Positions 1 to 9,843 of a stretch of 64,000 nucleotides of DNA are shown here, piece after piece. This stretch comes from a candidate division WOR-3 bacterium (lineage in GTDB: Bacteria > Hydrothermota > 32-111): the NCBI GenBank assembly GCA_039804105.1, contig JBDRZU010000002.1:288001-352000 (forward strand), given 5' to 3'. The translations under genes and the position numbers were made by a program. A model generated the notes under the pieces. The model saw only the letters and a list, made by a program, of their open reading frames with translations, searched no databases and was not told the origin of the DNA. Positions within the stretch are counted from its first letter, which is position 1. Each line of letters opens with the position of its first letter.

Positions 1-430
1 CAAATCTTTTCTCCTTAAATCTTCTGAGTACAAACTCTGTATCGATCTTACTTATCTTCTTTTCAGGATGCATCAAAGCGGCGGCAACGATCAATCCTGT
101 TAAGGGATCAACAGAAAAAAGAACCTTTTCTATAAGTTTTTCTCTCTCTTTATGACCAGGATGAGCTAGTATCGAATCAAGAATGTTTTTTGTAACATCA
201 AGGTCTTTCAACTTTTCAACTGTAATAAAACCATGTTTTTGAGGATCCTTGAAGGTCTCTTTATAATCCAAATCATGTAGAAGTCCCGCGAGCGCCCATT
301 CTTCTTGATCCTCTTTAAAATGTTTTGCTAGTTCTTTCATACAAACTTCACAAGCGAGCATATGTTTTATAAGATTCTGGTTATCAACATTCTCTTTAAC
401 GAGTTTTAAAGCTTCATCTCTTGAGATCAT
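1..430 (-). CDS. HD/HDIG-domain phosphohydrolase (3' end runs off the window)
   Basis: Not in the ORF track. Manual translation from ATG at 430 (AGGAG upstream) gives MISRDEALKLVKENVDNQNLIKHMLACE...WALAGLLHDLDY, containing the H...HD motif. Confidence 0.85.
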   Translation of the reverse strand, partial: MISRDEALKLVKENVDNQNLIKHMLACEVCMKELAKHFKEDQEEWALAGLLHDLDYKETFKDPQKHGFITVEKLKDLDVTKNILDSILAHPGHKEREKLIEKVLFSVDPLTGLIVAAALMHPEKKISKIDTEFVLRRFKEKRF

Positions 431-440
431 TTACACTCCT

Positions 441-1241
441 TCATTTTTGTTCGCTTTTGTTTTTCCTTTTAACAATGTCGTTGTAAAGGTTCATATACTT
501 AAAAATGGAATCGTTCAATCCTATTTTATAATAATATTTTACGATCCTATCGTAAGCATCAAAATTCGTCGAATCTATCGATATAACCTTTTTAAGAATC
601 TCTAATCCTTTTTTTTCGTTTTTTGATTTCATATTCAACTCTGCATAATTCATCAAAAGTTGGCAATCAGATGAATCAATTGTAAGTCCATCTTCATAAT
701 ATTTTTTTGCATTTTCTATATTCCCCTGAAGAAATTCTATATTACCTAAGAATTTATACGCTTCTACATTTTTACTTTCTATCTTAAGAGATTTTAGAAG
801 AAAATCTTTCGCTTTAACGAGATCATTTTTTCTTACAAAAACCTTTCCTAAAAGAAGATATACTTTAAAATTTTCAGGTGAAAAATGTTCCGCTTTTTTT
901 AAATAGTATTCACAAGAGTCATATTCTCCTTTTTTATAAAGTGATAAAGAATAGTTATAGTACAATGTTCCAACGACCTTTTCTATACCTGTAAAATCAC
1001 CTTTTAAATCTTCATACCTTTTCGTATTTATGACCGCTCTTTTGGTATCATAAAGTTTTTCATCTAAAAGAAAAATTATATCAGCAAGTGTTTTTTTATC
1101 TGGTTTGATTTTAAAATTTTCCTCAGCAATTTTCAAAGCATTCTTATAATCACCTCTTTCCATATACGATCTATAATCTTTCCGTGAACATGACAAAAAG
1201 ATTAACAAAAACAAAAGGAAGAATTTAAAGTATCTTTTCAT
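441..1241 (-). CDS. TPR-repeat lipoprotein
   Basis: Signal peptide with lipobox-like FLSC, then TPR repeats (VYLLLGKVF, AYKFLGNIEF). Start is ATG 1241 or 1253. Confidence 0.8.
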   Translation of the reverse strand: MKRYFKFFLLFLLIFLSCSRKDYRSYMERGDYKNALKIAEENFKIKPDKKTLADIIFLLDEKLYDTKRAVINTKRYEDLKGDFTGIEKVVGTLYYNYSLSLYKKGEYDSCEYYLKKAEHFSPENFKVYLLLGKVFVRKNDLVKAKDFLLKSLKIESKNVEAYKFLGNIEFLQGNIENAKKYYEDGLTIDSSDCQLLMNYAELNMKSKNEKKGLEILKKVISIDSTNFDAYDRIVKYYYKIGLNDSIFKYMNLYNDIVKRKNKSEQK

Positions 1242-2262
1242 AACGATTCCCATTTTTTATCAACAAACTTTCAAATCGAACACCATATTTCAATGGTATA
1301 AATATCGATGAAGTCAATTTAAAAATTTCTCCATCCTTTACAGTTCTATCAGTAACGAAAGTGTTTATTTCACCAGTTCCAGCACATGAAACATAAGAAA
1401 AACCGTATTCTATTGACATCTTTTCAAGCTTATGACTTTTCAGATAATCCCTATAATTCATTTCACACTCTTTGATACTTCCTCTCTTTGCAAGACCAGC
1501 GAATAAAACATCTATTCCATCTTTTGCTATATTGAAAATTTTTTCTTTATTGCTGGATAGTTTTCCAAAAGGAAAACTTCTCGAAAAAGAAAAACCAACC
1601 CCACCTTTCATAACTCCGATATCAAGAACCACTATTCTGTTTTCTTTCAAAATATCTCCGTTTAGAGTTGGATATATCGTTTTAACATCAAATCCAACAT
1701 AAGTTGGTAAATATCTTTTGAATCCATCTTCATAGATCAAAAGATCTACAGCATTTCTGAGCTGAACATCCAAGATTCCAACCTTCAACATTTTTTCAAC
1801 TTTTTCAAAGATGACTTCCATCCTTTCTGCGATCTTTTTGATCTTTGAAATTTCATTTTTACTTTTTAAAGTTCCCAGAGTTTTTGAAGGTGAAACAAAT
1901 TTAAATGTTACAAAATCTTTAAAATATAGAGAAAAGGAAGTGTTTACAAGTCCCACTCTTGTAATACTGTTTTCTTTTAAAATGTTCAACCATTCTTTAA
2001 GAAACAATCTACCATTTTTCAGATAATTTATAGTATCACCTTTTACGACCTCTACTGAATCAAAATTTTTCACCCTTGGATATAGAAGATAATCAACAAT
2101 AAGATAAACTTTCTTTTTACCGATGAAGAGATTTGCATCGTACTCACCATAGTTGAAAGAGAGATCTTTTTCAAGAAGATCAAAAACCTGCTCAGGATCA
2201 TCGATAAAGATCATCTCTTTATCCTTTAAAAGATTCTGAATTATTTTTATTTTATTTTCCAT
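1225..2262 (-). CDS. M24 (Xaa-Pro aminopeptidase) family protein with degenerate metal ligands
   Basis: Creatinase-like N-terminus plus C-terminal pita-bread features (KSKNEISKIKK, IVVLDIG, YGVRFES). Confidence 0.75.
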   Translation of the reverse strand: MENKIKIIQNLLKDKEMIFIDDPEQVFDLLEKDLSFNYGEYDANLFIGKKKVYLIVDYLLYPRVKNFDSVEVVKGDTINYLKNGRLFLKEWLNILKENSITRVGLVNTSFSLYFKDFVTFKFVSPSKTLGTLKSKNEISKIKKIAERMEVIFEKVEKMLKVGILDVQLRNAVDLLIYEDGFKRYLPTYVGFDVKTIYPTLNGDILKENRIVVLDIGVMKGGVGFSFSRSFPFGKLSSNKEKIFNIAKDGIDVLFAGLAKRGSIKECEMNYRDYLKSHKLEKMSIEYGFSYVSCAGTGEINTFVTDRTVKDGEIFKLTSSIFIPLKYGVRFESLLIKNGNRYEKIL

Positions 2263-3295
2263 AATTTTTCAACTCTTCATAAAAAATCTTTAAAATTTCT
2301 TCGATAGGCCCCGTTTTAACTATCTTTCCTTTTTTAAAAAGAACTCCAGTTCCATGTCCACCAGTTATACCAAGATCAGCATCCTTCGCTTCTCCAGGCC
2401 CATTGACAACACATCCCATAACTGCGACCTTTATCTTGGTGTTCACATTTTCAAGTATTTTTTCAACTTCTTTTTGAACTGAAATAACATCAAAGGTTGT
2501 TCTACTACATGTTGGACATGCTATAACATCGGGTACATTTGAATTTATATGTAATGAGGATAAAATTATTTTCGCCACATCAACCTCATAGAGTGGAGAT
2601 TCTGAAAGTGATACTCTTATAGTATCACCCACTCCATTCAAAAGGAGATATGATATACCTATAGAATTTTTTATCGAACCTCTCAAAAGTCCTCCAGCTT
2701 CAGTTACCCCAAGATGTATGGGAAAATCCAATTCTTTCATTTTCATATTAGCATCTATCATTTCAAAAACATCTGATGATTTAACAGAAAGAACAAGATT
2801 ATCAAAATCGTTATCGAGAAAGAAATCAACCGATTTTTTTATAGATTCAAAAAGAGCATCGGCATTAGGATAATTATACTTTTTCAAAATTTCTTTTTCA
2901 AGTGATCCACCATTTACACCTATTCTGATAGGGATATTCCTTTCTTTTGCAACTTTAATTATTTTGAGCAAATTCCTTTTTGATATATTTCCAGGGTTTA
3001 TCCTTATTTTCGCACAACCGATTTCCATCGCTGATATTGCAAGCTTATAATCAAAATGTATATCAGCTATAATAGGGCATGGAGAATTTTTCACGATCTT
3101 TTTCAAAGTATCTTTGCACTTTATATCTGGATACGAAACACGAACGATCTGGGCACCTCTTCTATGAAGATCTTCTATTTGTCTTATGGTGGTTTCATAA
3201 TCCTCTGTTTTTGTATTCGTCATCGATTGGATAACAACAGGATTTTTACCACCTATCGGGACCTTTCCAACATATACAGTTTTTTTTGAGTTCAT
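2252..3295 (-). CDS. ispG: 4-hydroxy-3-methylbut-2-en-1-yl diphosphate synthase
   Basis: IQSMTNT, ADIHFD, RINPGN, HLGVTEAG, GDTIRVSL, CPTCSR and MGCVVNGPGEA motifs. Confidence 0.97.
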   Translation of the reverse strand: MNSKKTVYVGKVPIGGKNPVVIQSMTNTKTEDYETTIRQIEDLHRRGAQIVRVSYPDIKCKDTLKKIVKNSPCPIIADIHFDYKLAISAMEIGCAKIRINPGNISKRNLLKIIKVAKERNIPIRIGVNGGSLEKEILKKYNYPNADALFESIKKSVDFFLDNDFDNLVLSVKSSDVFEMIDANMKMKELDFPIHLGVTEAGGLLRGSIKNSIGISYLLLNGVGDTIRVSLSESPLYEVDVAKIILSSLHINSNVPDVIACPTCSRTTFDVISVQKEVEKILENVNTKIKVAVMGCVVNGPGEAKDADLGITGGHGTGVLFKKGKIVKTGPIEEILKIFYEELKNYGK

Positions 3296-4554
3296 TCTTC
3301 AACCCTTTTGATCTTCGCACCTATTTTTCTCAACTTCTTTTCTATAGATTCGTATCCTCTGTCAATATGATATATCCTCTTTATCTCACTTTCACCTTCT
3401 GCTGCAAGAGCTGCGATTACAAGTGCTGCAGATGCTCGAAGATCCGAAGCCATAACTGGTGCACCCAAAAGTTTTTTTACCCCTTTGATTATCGCCTTGT
3501 TTGAATCAATTTTTATATCAGCTCCCATCCTTAAGAGTTCTGGTACATGCATAAACCTTTTTTCAAAAATGTTTTCAGAAACTATTGATATTCCATCAAC
3601 AAGTGAAAGCAAAGAAACAAACTGTGCTTGCATGTCTGTCGGAAAGAAAGGATACGGTAAAACATCTATGTTGACAGGTTTCAAATTCTTTGTTGACTTT
3701 ATATAAATTTCGCTTTCTCCCACAGAGAGTTTGTATCCGATTTCTTTCAGTTTTCTTAAAACAGCGTCCATATGCTTCGGATTACATTTTTTCAGAACAA
3801 GTTCCCCACCTGTTATAACAGCAGAGACAAGTAGAGTTCCTGCTTCAATTCTATCAGGTATAACTGTATATTCAACAGGATTAAGTTTTTCAACACCATC
3901 GATCGTTAGAACAGGTGTATCTATACCTGTTATTCTTGCTCCCATACTATTTAAAAAATTTGCGACATCTGAAACTTCTGGTTCTAAAGCAGCACCTTTT
4001 ATTATGGTTTTTCCATCCGCTTTAACCGCAGCCATCATAACATTTATTGTGGCTCCAACAGATGTTCCCTTACTACCTTCAAGGAACATTTCCTTACCTT
4101 TTAACTTTTTACATCTTGCTTTTATATATCCCTTTTCAAGTTTTATTTTACATCCTAGTTCTTCAAAACCCTTTAAATGTAAATCTATCGGTCTTTCACC
4201 AATTGCACATCCACCAGGTAAAGATGCATCAACTTTTCCCTGCCTTCCAATCAATGCACCCATAACATAGTAAGATGCTCTCATCTTTCTCACAAAATCG
4301 TATGGAGCCATAAATCCAACCTTTGATGGAACATCTATTACAAGAGTATTTTTATCGAATTTAATCTTTGCTCCTATGTATTCCAGAACTTTGATCATAT
4401 GTTTCACATCATCAACATCGGGAACATTTCTGATCACACTTTTTCCAGTTGTGAGAAGAGTTGCAACCATTATCGGAAGAACTGAATTTTTTGATCCAGA
4501 AGTGTTCAATTCTCCTGAAAGTTTTACTCCCCCTTTGATTATAAACTTATCCAT
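3292..4554 (-). CDS. murA: UDP-N-acetylglucosamine 1-carboxyvinyltransferase
   Basis: GSKN, MRAS, LPGGCAIGERP (catalytic Cys), PDRIEAGT, DLRASAAL, HIDRGYE. Confidence 0.97.
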   Translation of the reverse strand: MDKFIIKGGVKLSGELNTSGSKNSVLPIMVATLLTTGKSVIRNVPDVDDVKHMIKVLEYIGAKIKFDKNTLVIDVPSKVGFMAPYDFVRKMRASYYVMGALIGRQGKVDASLPGGCAIGERPIDLHLKGFEELGCKIKLEKGYIKARCKKLKGKEMFLEGSKGTSVGATINVMMAAVKADGKTIIKGAALEPEVSDVANFLNSMGARITGIDTPVLTIDGVEKLNPVEYTVIPDRIEAGTLLVSAVITGGELVLKKCNPKHMDAVLRKLKEIGYKLSVGESEIYIKSTKNLKPVNIDVLPYPFFPTDMQAQFVSLLSLVDGISIVSENIFEKRFMHVPELLRMGADIKIDSNKAIIKGVKKLLGAPVMASDLRASAALVIAALAAEGESEIKRIYHIDRGYESIEKKLRKIGAKIKRVEE

Positions 4555-4555
4555 A

Positions 4556-5767
4556 TTACTCCCTTTTTATGAATGGATCAAAATTTGAATAAAACTGGAT
4601 GTAACCCTTATCATAGAAAAAATATTTGCCACCTTTTTGAATATCTCTGTAATCGGTTTCAAATCCTTTTCTGGCTATAAGATAAGAATTTTCACCCAAC
4701 CTGATCTTTAAACTCAAAATAAATCTTGTTTGAAATGAATTGTAAGAAACTGTATCACTATCAAATCTTTTTATATTTGAAATCAACTGACCACCACTGA
4801 TATCAAAAATATTTTTTGAAAAGGTATAACCAAAATATAAAAGATCCGTTTCTTTTTCAAAAACTTGTTCAAGTTCCCGATAACCTTTTTCATAAAAAAA
4901 GCTCAATCTGTTAACATTTTTTTTGTATGAAAAATAAAATGAAAGATATATTCTTGAATCGAGTTCTTCTATTGTATCTGTAAAATCAAAAAATGAACTT
5001 GATAAGTTTAACATTGTCAATCTAAATCCGGTTGACAACAGATTTTTTTCTTTTTTATCATTATAAAATATTTGAGAAAAGATATAATCATAACTTGTAT
5101 CAACTGAAAAAATGTACAAAAAGGAATCTAAAACTTCATCATAAAAATAATGTTTTTCTCGTGTAAAAAGTTTTTTTCTGTAAAATGTTAAAAATTCAAT
5201 TTTTTTCAATTCTCCTTTAGAATAAAGAGATAATATGTATGGATTGTTCTCATATATCCTTGGTCTATCTATAATATTTTCGTTCCAGTTTTTATGGGAA
5301 TAGTTGTTATCAAAATTTTCAAGTGTTAACGAAAATCTGTTTTCAGTGTTAAACCCTTTAAAATCGAAATGGAAAGTTAGATCTGAATCCTTTTTATAAA
5401 AAGTTGGGTTTGCTAAAAACCCTAAACCAAAAAAATCTCGGAACCTGTAGGTTAAACCGTATTCTAAAATTTTATTGTGGAATTCAAAATCATCGTAATA
5501 AAAGTTGAAAAGTTCAAAATTCAAAGATTTCATCAAAGGAATTTTTAAACCTAAAAAAGATTTGATCGAAAGTTGCTCAACGTTGTAACAACCACCCGAG
5601 ATCATAACAAAATTATCTTTCTTTATAAGATCGTTAAAAATGTTTATATCAAAATCTGAACAAAATTGATCAACAATATATTCAGAATCATATGACTCAG
5701 GCAGGATATAAGCGAAAACGAAAAGGGGTAAAAGAAGAAAAACTAAAAAAATTCTTTTTTTATTCAA
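4556..5767 (-). CDS. Hypothetical exported protein, probably an outer-membrane beta-strand protein
   Basis: Signal peptide (LNKKRIFLVFLLLPLFVFA) and aromatic-rich alternating strands. A TTG start at 5767 has GAGG upstream; the ORF track starts at 5791. Confidence 0.6.
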   Translation of the reverse strand: MNKKRIFLVFLLLPLFVFAYILPESYDSEYIVDQFCSDFDINIFNDLIKKDNFVMISGGCYNVEQLSIKSFLGLKIPLMKSLNFELFNFYYDDFEFHNKILEYGLTYRFRDFFGLGFLANPTFYKKDSDLTFHFDFKGFNTENRFSLTLENFDNNYSHKNWNENIIDRPRIYENNPYILSLYSKGELKKIEFLTFYRKKLFTREKHYFYDEVLDSFLYIFSVDTSYDYIFSQIFYNDKKEKNLLSTGFRLTMLNLSSSFFDFTDTIEELDSRIYLSFYFSYKKNVNRLSFFYEKGYRELEQVFEKETDLLYFGYTFSKNIFDISGGQLISNIKRFDSDTVSYNSFQTRFILSLKIRLGENSYLIARKGFETDYRDIQKGGKYFFYDKGYIQFYSNFDPFIKRE

Positions 5768-6107
5768 TTTTAAAATCCTCTGCTTTTCCATAAACGTTAT
5801 CGATTTTAAGTAAATAGATCCTTAAAGTGTCCTTTTTGTCTGGATCAACTTTTATGTCTTTTAAGATTTTTACAAGATGCTCAACCTGCTCTTTATCCTC
5901 AACTGTTGAAAAAATTATTTTTGAGTATTTATCAGAATCTTTCAAACGATATTTCAAACCGGAAAAAATTGGTATGTTTATATTCACAGCTTGATTTATT
6001 GTCTGTCCTTCAACTACAAAAGAATCGTTTATCCCGCTTTCCACAAGGGAATTTAAAACATCCTCATAAAATTCTTCTTTATATAAAAGAAGTATCATAA
6101 AGAACAT
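5760..6107 (-). CDS. P-II-like small regulatory protein
   Basis: 115 aa with a P-II/ferredoxin-like pattern (EDVLNSLVESGI...IPIFSGL...KIIFSTVE). Lies directly downstream of the antiporter. Confidence 0.55.
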   Translation of the reverse strand: MFFMILLLYKEEFYEDVLNSLVESGINDSFVVEGQTINQAVNINIPIFSGLKYRLKDSDKYSKIIFSTVEDKEQVEHLVKILKDIKVDPDKKDTLRIYLLKIDNVYGKAEDFKIE

Positions 6108-6121
6108 ATATTTTCTCCTTT

Positions 6122-7243
6122 TTATTTTCTATAAAGGTAATTCAGCCAGAAAGGTGTTATTAGAGTTGTAAACAGAATCATGATCACAAATCCATTGTAA
6201 ACCACCTGATCGACAAAACCCCTTGAAAGTGCTATGGATGCTATAACAAGTCCAACCTCACCTCTTGGGATCATTCCAACACCAACTTTCAATGATTCAT
6301 CCAGGGTTAAACCATTTAAATAACTCGCAACACCACATCCAATAACCTTTGAGAAAATTGATATGACTATCAAAATAAAAGTGAAAAACAAATTGATATC
6401 CTTAAAATTTATCGATGTTTTTAATCCAACAACAAAAAAGAAAAATGAGATAAAAAGAGTATCAACAATTATGTGGGTATTATCCAGAACCCTTTTCGAA
6501 AACCTTGTCTTGGATATTGAAACACCTGCAACATAAGCACCGGTTATTCCTGCAATTCCCATCTGCTCAGAAAAATATGAAAGAAACATCATAAGTATCA
6601 CAGAAAGACTTAAAACCATATCATGTGATTTGAAATTTGAAACGAAATGGAAAGCCCTGTTGATTATATACGTATACAATATATAAATAAAAAGTATCAA
6701 AAGTAAAATTTTTAAAATAACTAAAACAAAATTTCCAGAATGAAAAAGAAAAACAAACGAAATTGACATAAAAAGTATACCTATAACATCATCGATAACT
6801 GCTGAACCCAAAATTGTTATTCCACTTCTTGTATTAAGTTTTCCGATCTCCAAAAGGGTCATTACAGTTATCGACACAGAAGTAGCTGTAAGGGTCAAAC
6901 CAACAATATATGCTGAATTGAAACTGAATTTCATGAAAAGGAATAAAAAAGCACAGAAGAATGGAACCAGAACACCTGACAATGCTATTATGAAAGATGC
7001 TTTCCCCTGTTTTTTTATACTTTCTAAATCCGTCTCAAGTCCCGCAAGAAACATTAAGAACAGAATACTTATATCAGAGAAAAATTCTATAGTGTTATCA
7101 ACCTGTATAATTTTTAATACCGGACCACACAATATTCCAAGAACTATTATACCTACTACAGAAGGGAGTTTTAATCTAACGAAAATTTCGTTAACTATTT
7201 TTGTTGCAAGAAGGATGAATACAAAAATAAAAATTTCATTCAT
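6122..7243 (-). CDS. Cation:proton antiporter (CPA2, NapA/GerN-like)
   Basis: About 12 TM segments with LMFLAGLETD, ATSVSIT, AVIDDVIG and GMIPRGEVGL motifs. Confidence 0.92.
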   Translation of the reverse strand: MNEIFIFVFILLATKIVNEIFVRLKLPSVVGIIVLGILCGPVLKIIQVDNTIEFFSDISILFLMFLAGLETDLESIKKQGKASFIIALSGVLVPFFCAFLFLFMKFSFNSAYIVGLTLTATSVSITVMTLLEIGKLNTRSGITILGSAVIDDVIGILFMSISFVFLFHSGNFVLVILKILLLILFIYILYTYIINRAFHFVSNFKSHDMVLSLSVILMMFLSYFSEQMGIAGITGAYVAGVSISKTRFSKRVLDNTHIIVDTLFISFFFFVVGLKTSINFKDINLFFTFILIVISIFSKVIGCGVASYLNGLTLDESLKVGVGMIPRGEVGLVIASIALSRGFVDQVVYNGFVIMILFTTLITPFWLNYLYRK

Positions 7244-8180
7244 TTTCTAAAACCTTGTAATAAAATTCTCCATCAAATTTGTCGATCTTTAATTTATCTT
7301 TCAAATCCCTTTCAAGTTCCTCAATAATTATTTTTAACCTTTCAGAATCTATTCCCAAAGAGACAGATATCTGATCAAAAGTACATGGTCTTCTTTTTAA
7401 AAGTTCTTTAACTTCATCTTTACCAACATTGGTTTTATTGTTCATATCTTTTCCAGAAAAAATAAGATCCAGCTGAACAAAATCTCCCAAAAGATTTTTT
7501 ATCCTTTCTTTATCATCTTCACCTATAGGTTTCGCTTCACTGTATGCTGGAGGTCTTACAACAGTATTTATCTGAATTTTATCAACCCTCATCTTTTCGA
7601 TGACTTTTCTTAATCCGATAAGATCGTTATCTGAGTCATTTACACCTTTAACAAGCAATATTTCAAGAAAGATTTTTCCTCTGTAATCTTTAGAAAACTT
7701 TATCAAACCTTCTATAATGTTTGAAAGTTTTAATTCTTTGTTTGGTTGATTAACTTTTACAAACGATTCCTCACTAACCGAATCAAGAGATGGAATCACT
7801 ATATCAAACCCCATAGATTCTATTCTTACATCCTCTCTAAAGAACAATGATCCATTTGTTAAAAGTGTTATGGGCAGTGTAGTTATTTTTTTAACTTCAT
7901 TTAAAATTTTTCCCATTTTTATGTTGAGTGTTGGTTCTCCTGATCCTGTAAAAGTTATACAATCTATTCTTCCAGTGTAATCTTTTAAAAATTTTTCAAT
8001 TTGGGAAACGATCAACTCGTCGTTATGAAAATCTATTCTTTCAACTATATTATTTGTTGTTTTTCCTACTTCACAATAGATACAATCATAAGTACAATAT
8101 TTTTTTTCAACAAGATCTATACCTAAAGAGTAACCTAACCTTCTCGACGGAACAGGTCCAAAAATATATTTTTTATTCAT
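7236..8180 (-). CDS. Radical SAM Fe-S protein
   Basis: FGPVPSRRLGYSLG, CTYDCIYC (CxxxCxxC), SGEPTL, LTNGS. ATG 8180 is preferred because TTG 8189 overlaps the predicted -10. Confidence 0.9.
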   Translation of the reverse strand: MNKKYIFGPVPSRRLGYSLGIDLVEKKYCTYDCIYCEVGKTTNNIVERIDFHNDELIVSQIEKFLKDYTGRIDCITFTGSGEPTLNIKMGKILNEVKKITTLPITLLTNGSLFFREDVRIESMGFDIVIPSLDSVSEESFVKVNQPNKELKLSNIIEGLIKFSKDYRGKIFLEILLVKGVNDSDNDLIGLRKVIEKMRVDKIQINTVVRPPAYSEAKPIGEDDKERIKNLLGDFVQLDLIFSGKDMNNKTNVGKDEVKELLKRRPCTFDQISVSLGIDSERLKIIIEELERDLKDKLKIDKFDGEFYYKVLENE

Positions 8181-8188
8181 AGATTGCA

Positions 8189-8216
8189 ATTATAACATAA
8201 AGAAGTTAAAAGTCAA
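8189..8216 (-). promoter_or_regulatory. sigma70-type promoter, probably leaderless, for the radical SAM gene
   Basis: TTGACT-N16-TATAAT with extended -10 TG, 8 nt before the ATG, no SD. Confidence 0.6.
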
Positions 8217-8223
8217 ATTGACA

Positions 8224-8625
8224 CTACTGGATAACCAAAGATCCTGCTATATACCATCTATCCTTTCTCTTAATAAGGATGTGCTCCATATTGTTAAAAA
8301 TTTCATCTTTCCCCTCTATTTGAAAAACCATTCTTGTAAAAACATGTGCTGTCTCAGAAGATAGAGAAATGATTGAAAAACTATCTATTTTACTTTGAAC
8401 ATTTACACTGTTAAAAATAAATTCCACAGTGTTTTTTGTAGAGTTGAATTTAAAAGTATCCTCAGGATCGATGGTTTCCATATATCCACTTATATCTTTT
8501 CTGTTCATAGAATCGGTATTTTTATAAATAACATCTCTTATCAATTCTGGATCATTTTCTTTTATTTTTTCACAGGAAGAAAAAACAAACAAAACAAGCA
8601 ATACAAAAAAAATTTTTTTCATCAT
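8224..8625 (-). CDS. Lipoprotein, NTF2/SnoaL-like fold
   Basis: Lipobox FSSC, NRKDISGYMETI, C-terminal LIKRKDRWYI. Confidence 0.6.
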   Translation of the reverse strand: MMKKIFFVLLVLFVFSSCEKIKENDPELIRDVIYKNTDSMNRKDISGYMETIDPEDTFKFNSTKNTVEFIFNSVNVQSKIDSFSIISLSSETAHVFTRMVFQIEGKDEIFNNMEHILIKRKDRWYIAGSLVIQ

Positions 8626-8637
8626 CTATAACTCCTT

Positions 8638-9843
8638 TTAAAAAATTAGATTCATAAAAAATGGAATCAAAATTATAGGTAAAGTCGATGGAAGTAATAT
8701 TCTATAAATTTTAGACCAATCAGCCTTATAATATTCCCTTGTTAAAGACAAACATAGATGGACAGGTGAAAGCAAGACACCCAAAAAACCTGAAGCATAA
8801 AAAAGTGTAAGTTTTATAAAATCAACCGAACCATTCTCTTTTAAAATGACAGTTGAAACCAATGGTAGAAGTATACCAACATACGCTTGATTTACTCCTG
8901 TAAACATCCCAACAAGTATAGGCAACATAACAAGAAGTAAATAATAAGTTGCTTTGTAATTTTGAAGAATAAGAAAATTATCCTTTATTATCTGTGAGTT
9001 AGAAAAAAAATCTTTAAAAATCATAACACCAACTATCAGAAATATCATATCAAAAGAGAAGGATTTAAAAAATAGTTCAATCTTTCTTTTAATATCAGTT
9101 TTCAAAAAAAGAAGGAACAAAAAGGAAACAAAAAAAACTACCACTTCCTCTTTTACATTTGAGAACAGAATCAAAACTACTATTATAAAAACTGGAAGAA
9201 AACCTTCAACTACATTGAATAAACTCTTTGTTAAAGGTATCTTTCTTTCGACTTTAACATTCTTTAATCTTTTTATGTAAACTATACCTATAGTGAAAGC
9301 TATTATGGTTAAATAAAACTGATATTTCATGACCATTTTTATCGGTACATTCAAAATGTTTGAGGTTAAAATTAAACCTGGATACAATGGCCAGAAATAT
9401 TCCCAGATATGTCTAAACCAGTAATTTATAAAAGTTTTTTGTTCTGGTTTCAATTCTATCTTATCACCTAAATCGTTCACTATTTCTGCTGGGAAAAGTG
9501 CTCCACCTGGCATAGGCAAAAGTCCTATAAACATTGGAGGAAAAATTATAGCGTATTTTACATCTCTGAAGATTTCAAGCAAACTATCGGATAATACTTT
9601 TATACCCTTTTCTTTTATAACATTTGAAAGAAGTAAAACCGAATAGATTATTATTACAGTTTTTATCGTTGTATATGAAGTTATAGATTTGATAAAAACT
9701 TTTCCTATCTCTGCAAACCCGGAATAAAAGAAAATTCCAACAAAAATAGAGGATACAAGAAGAGATATACCAATATTGATTTTCAACCTTAAGAAAAGAA
9801 CAAAAAGTATCAGAATGAAAAAAATTTTTCCCCAGAAAAACAT
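8638..9843 (-). CDS. DUF401 family membrane protein
   Basis: Multi-TM protein with GLLPMPGGAL, NYWFRHIWEYFWPLYPG and LLSPVHLCL. Confidence 0.85.
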   Translation of the reverse strand: MFFWGKIFFILILFVLFLRLKINIGISLLVSSIFVGIFFYSGFAEIGKVFIKSITSYTTIKTVIIIYSVLLLSNVIKEKGIKVLSDSLLEIFRDVKYAIIFPPMFIGLLPMPGGALFPAEIVNDLGDKIELKPEQKTFINYWFRHIWEYFWPLYPGLILTSNILNVPIKMVMKYQFYLTIIAFTIGIVYIKRLKNVKVERKIPLTKSLFNVVEGFLPVFIIVVLILFSNVKEEVVVFFVSFLFLLFLKTDIKRKIELFFKSFSFDMIFLIVGVMIFKDFFSNSQIIKDNFLILQNYKATYYLLLVMLPILVGMFTGVNQAYVGILLPLVSTVILKENGSVDFIKLTLFYASGFLGVLLSPVHLCLSLTREYYKADWSKIYRILLPSTLPIILIPFFMNLIF

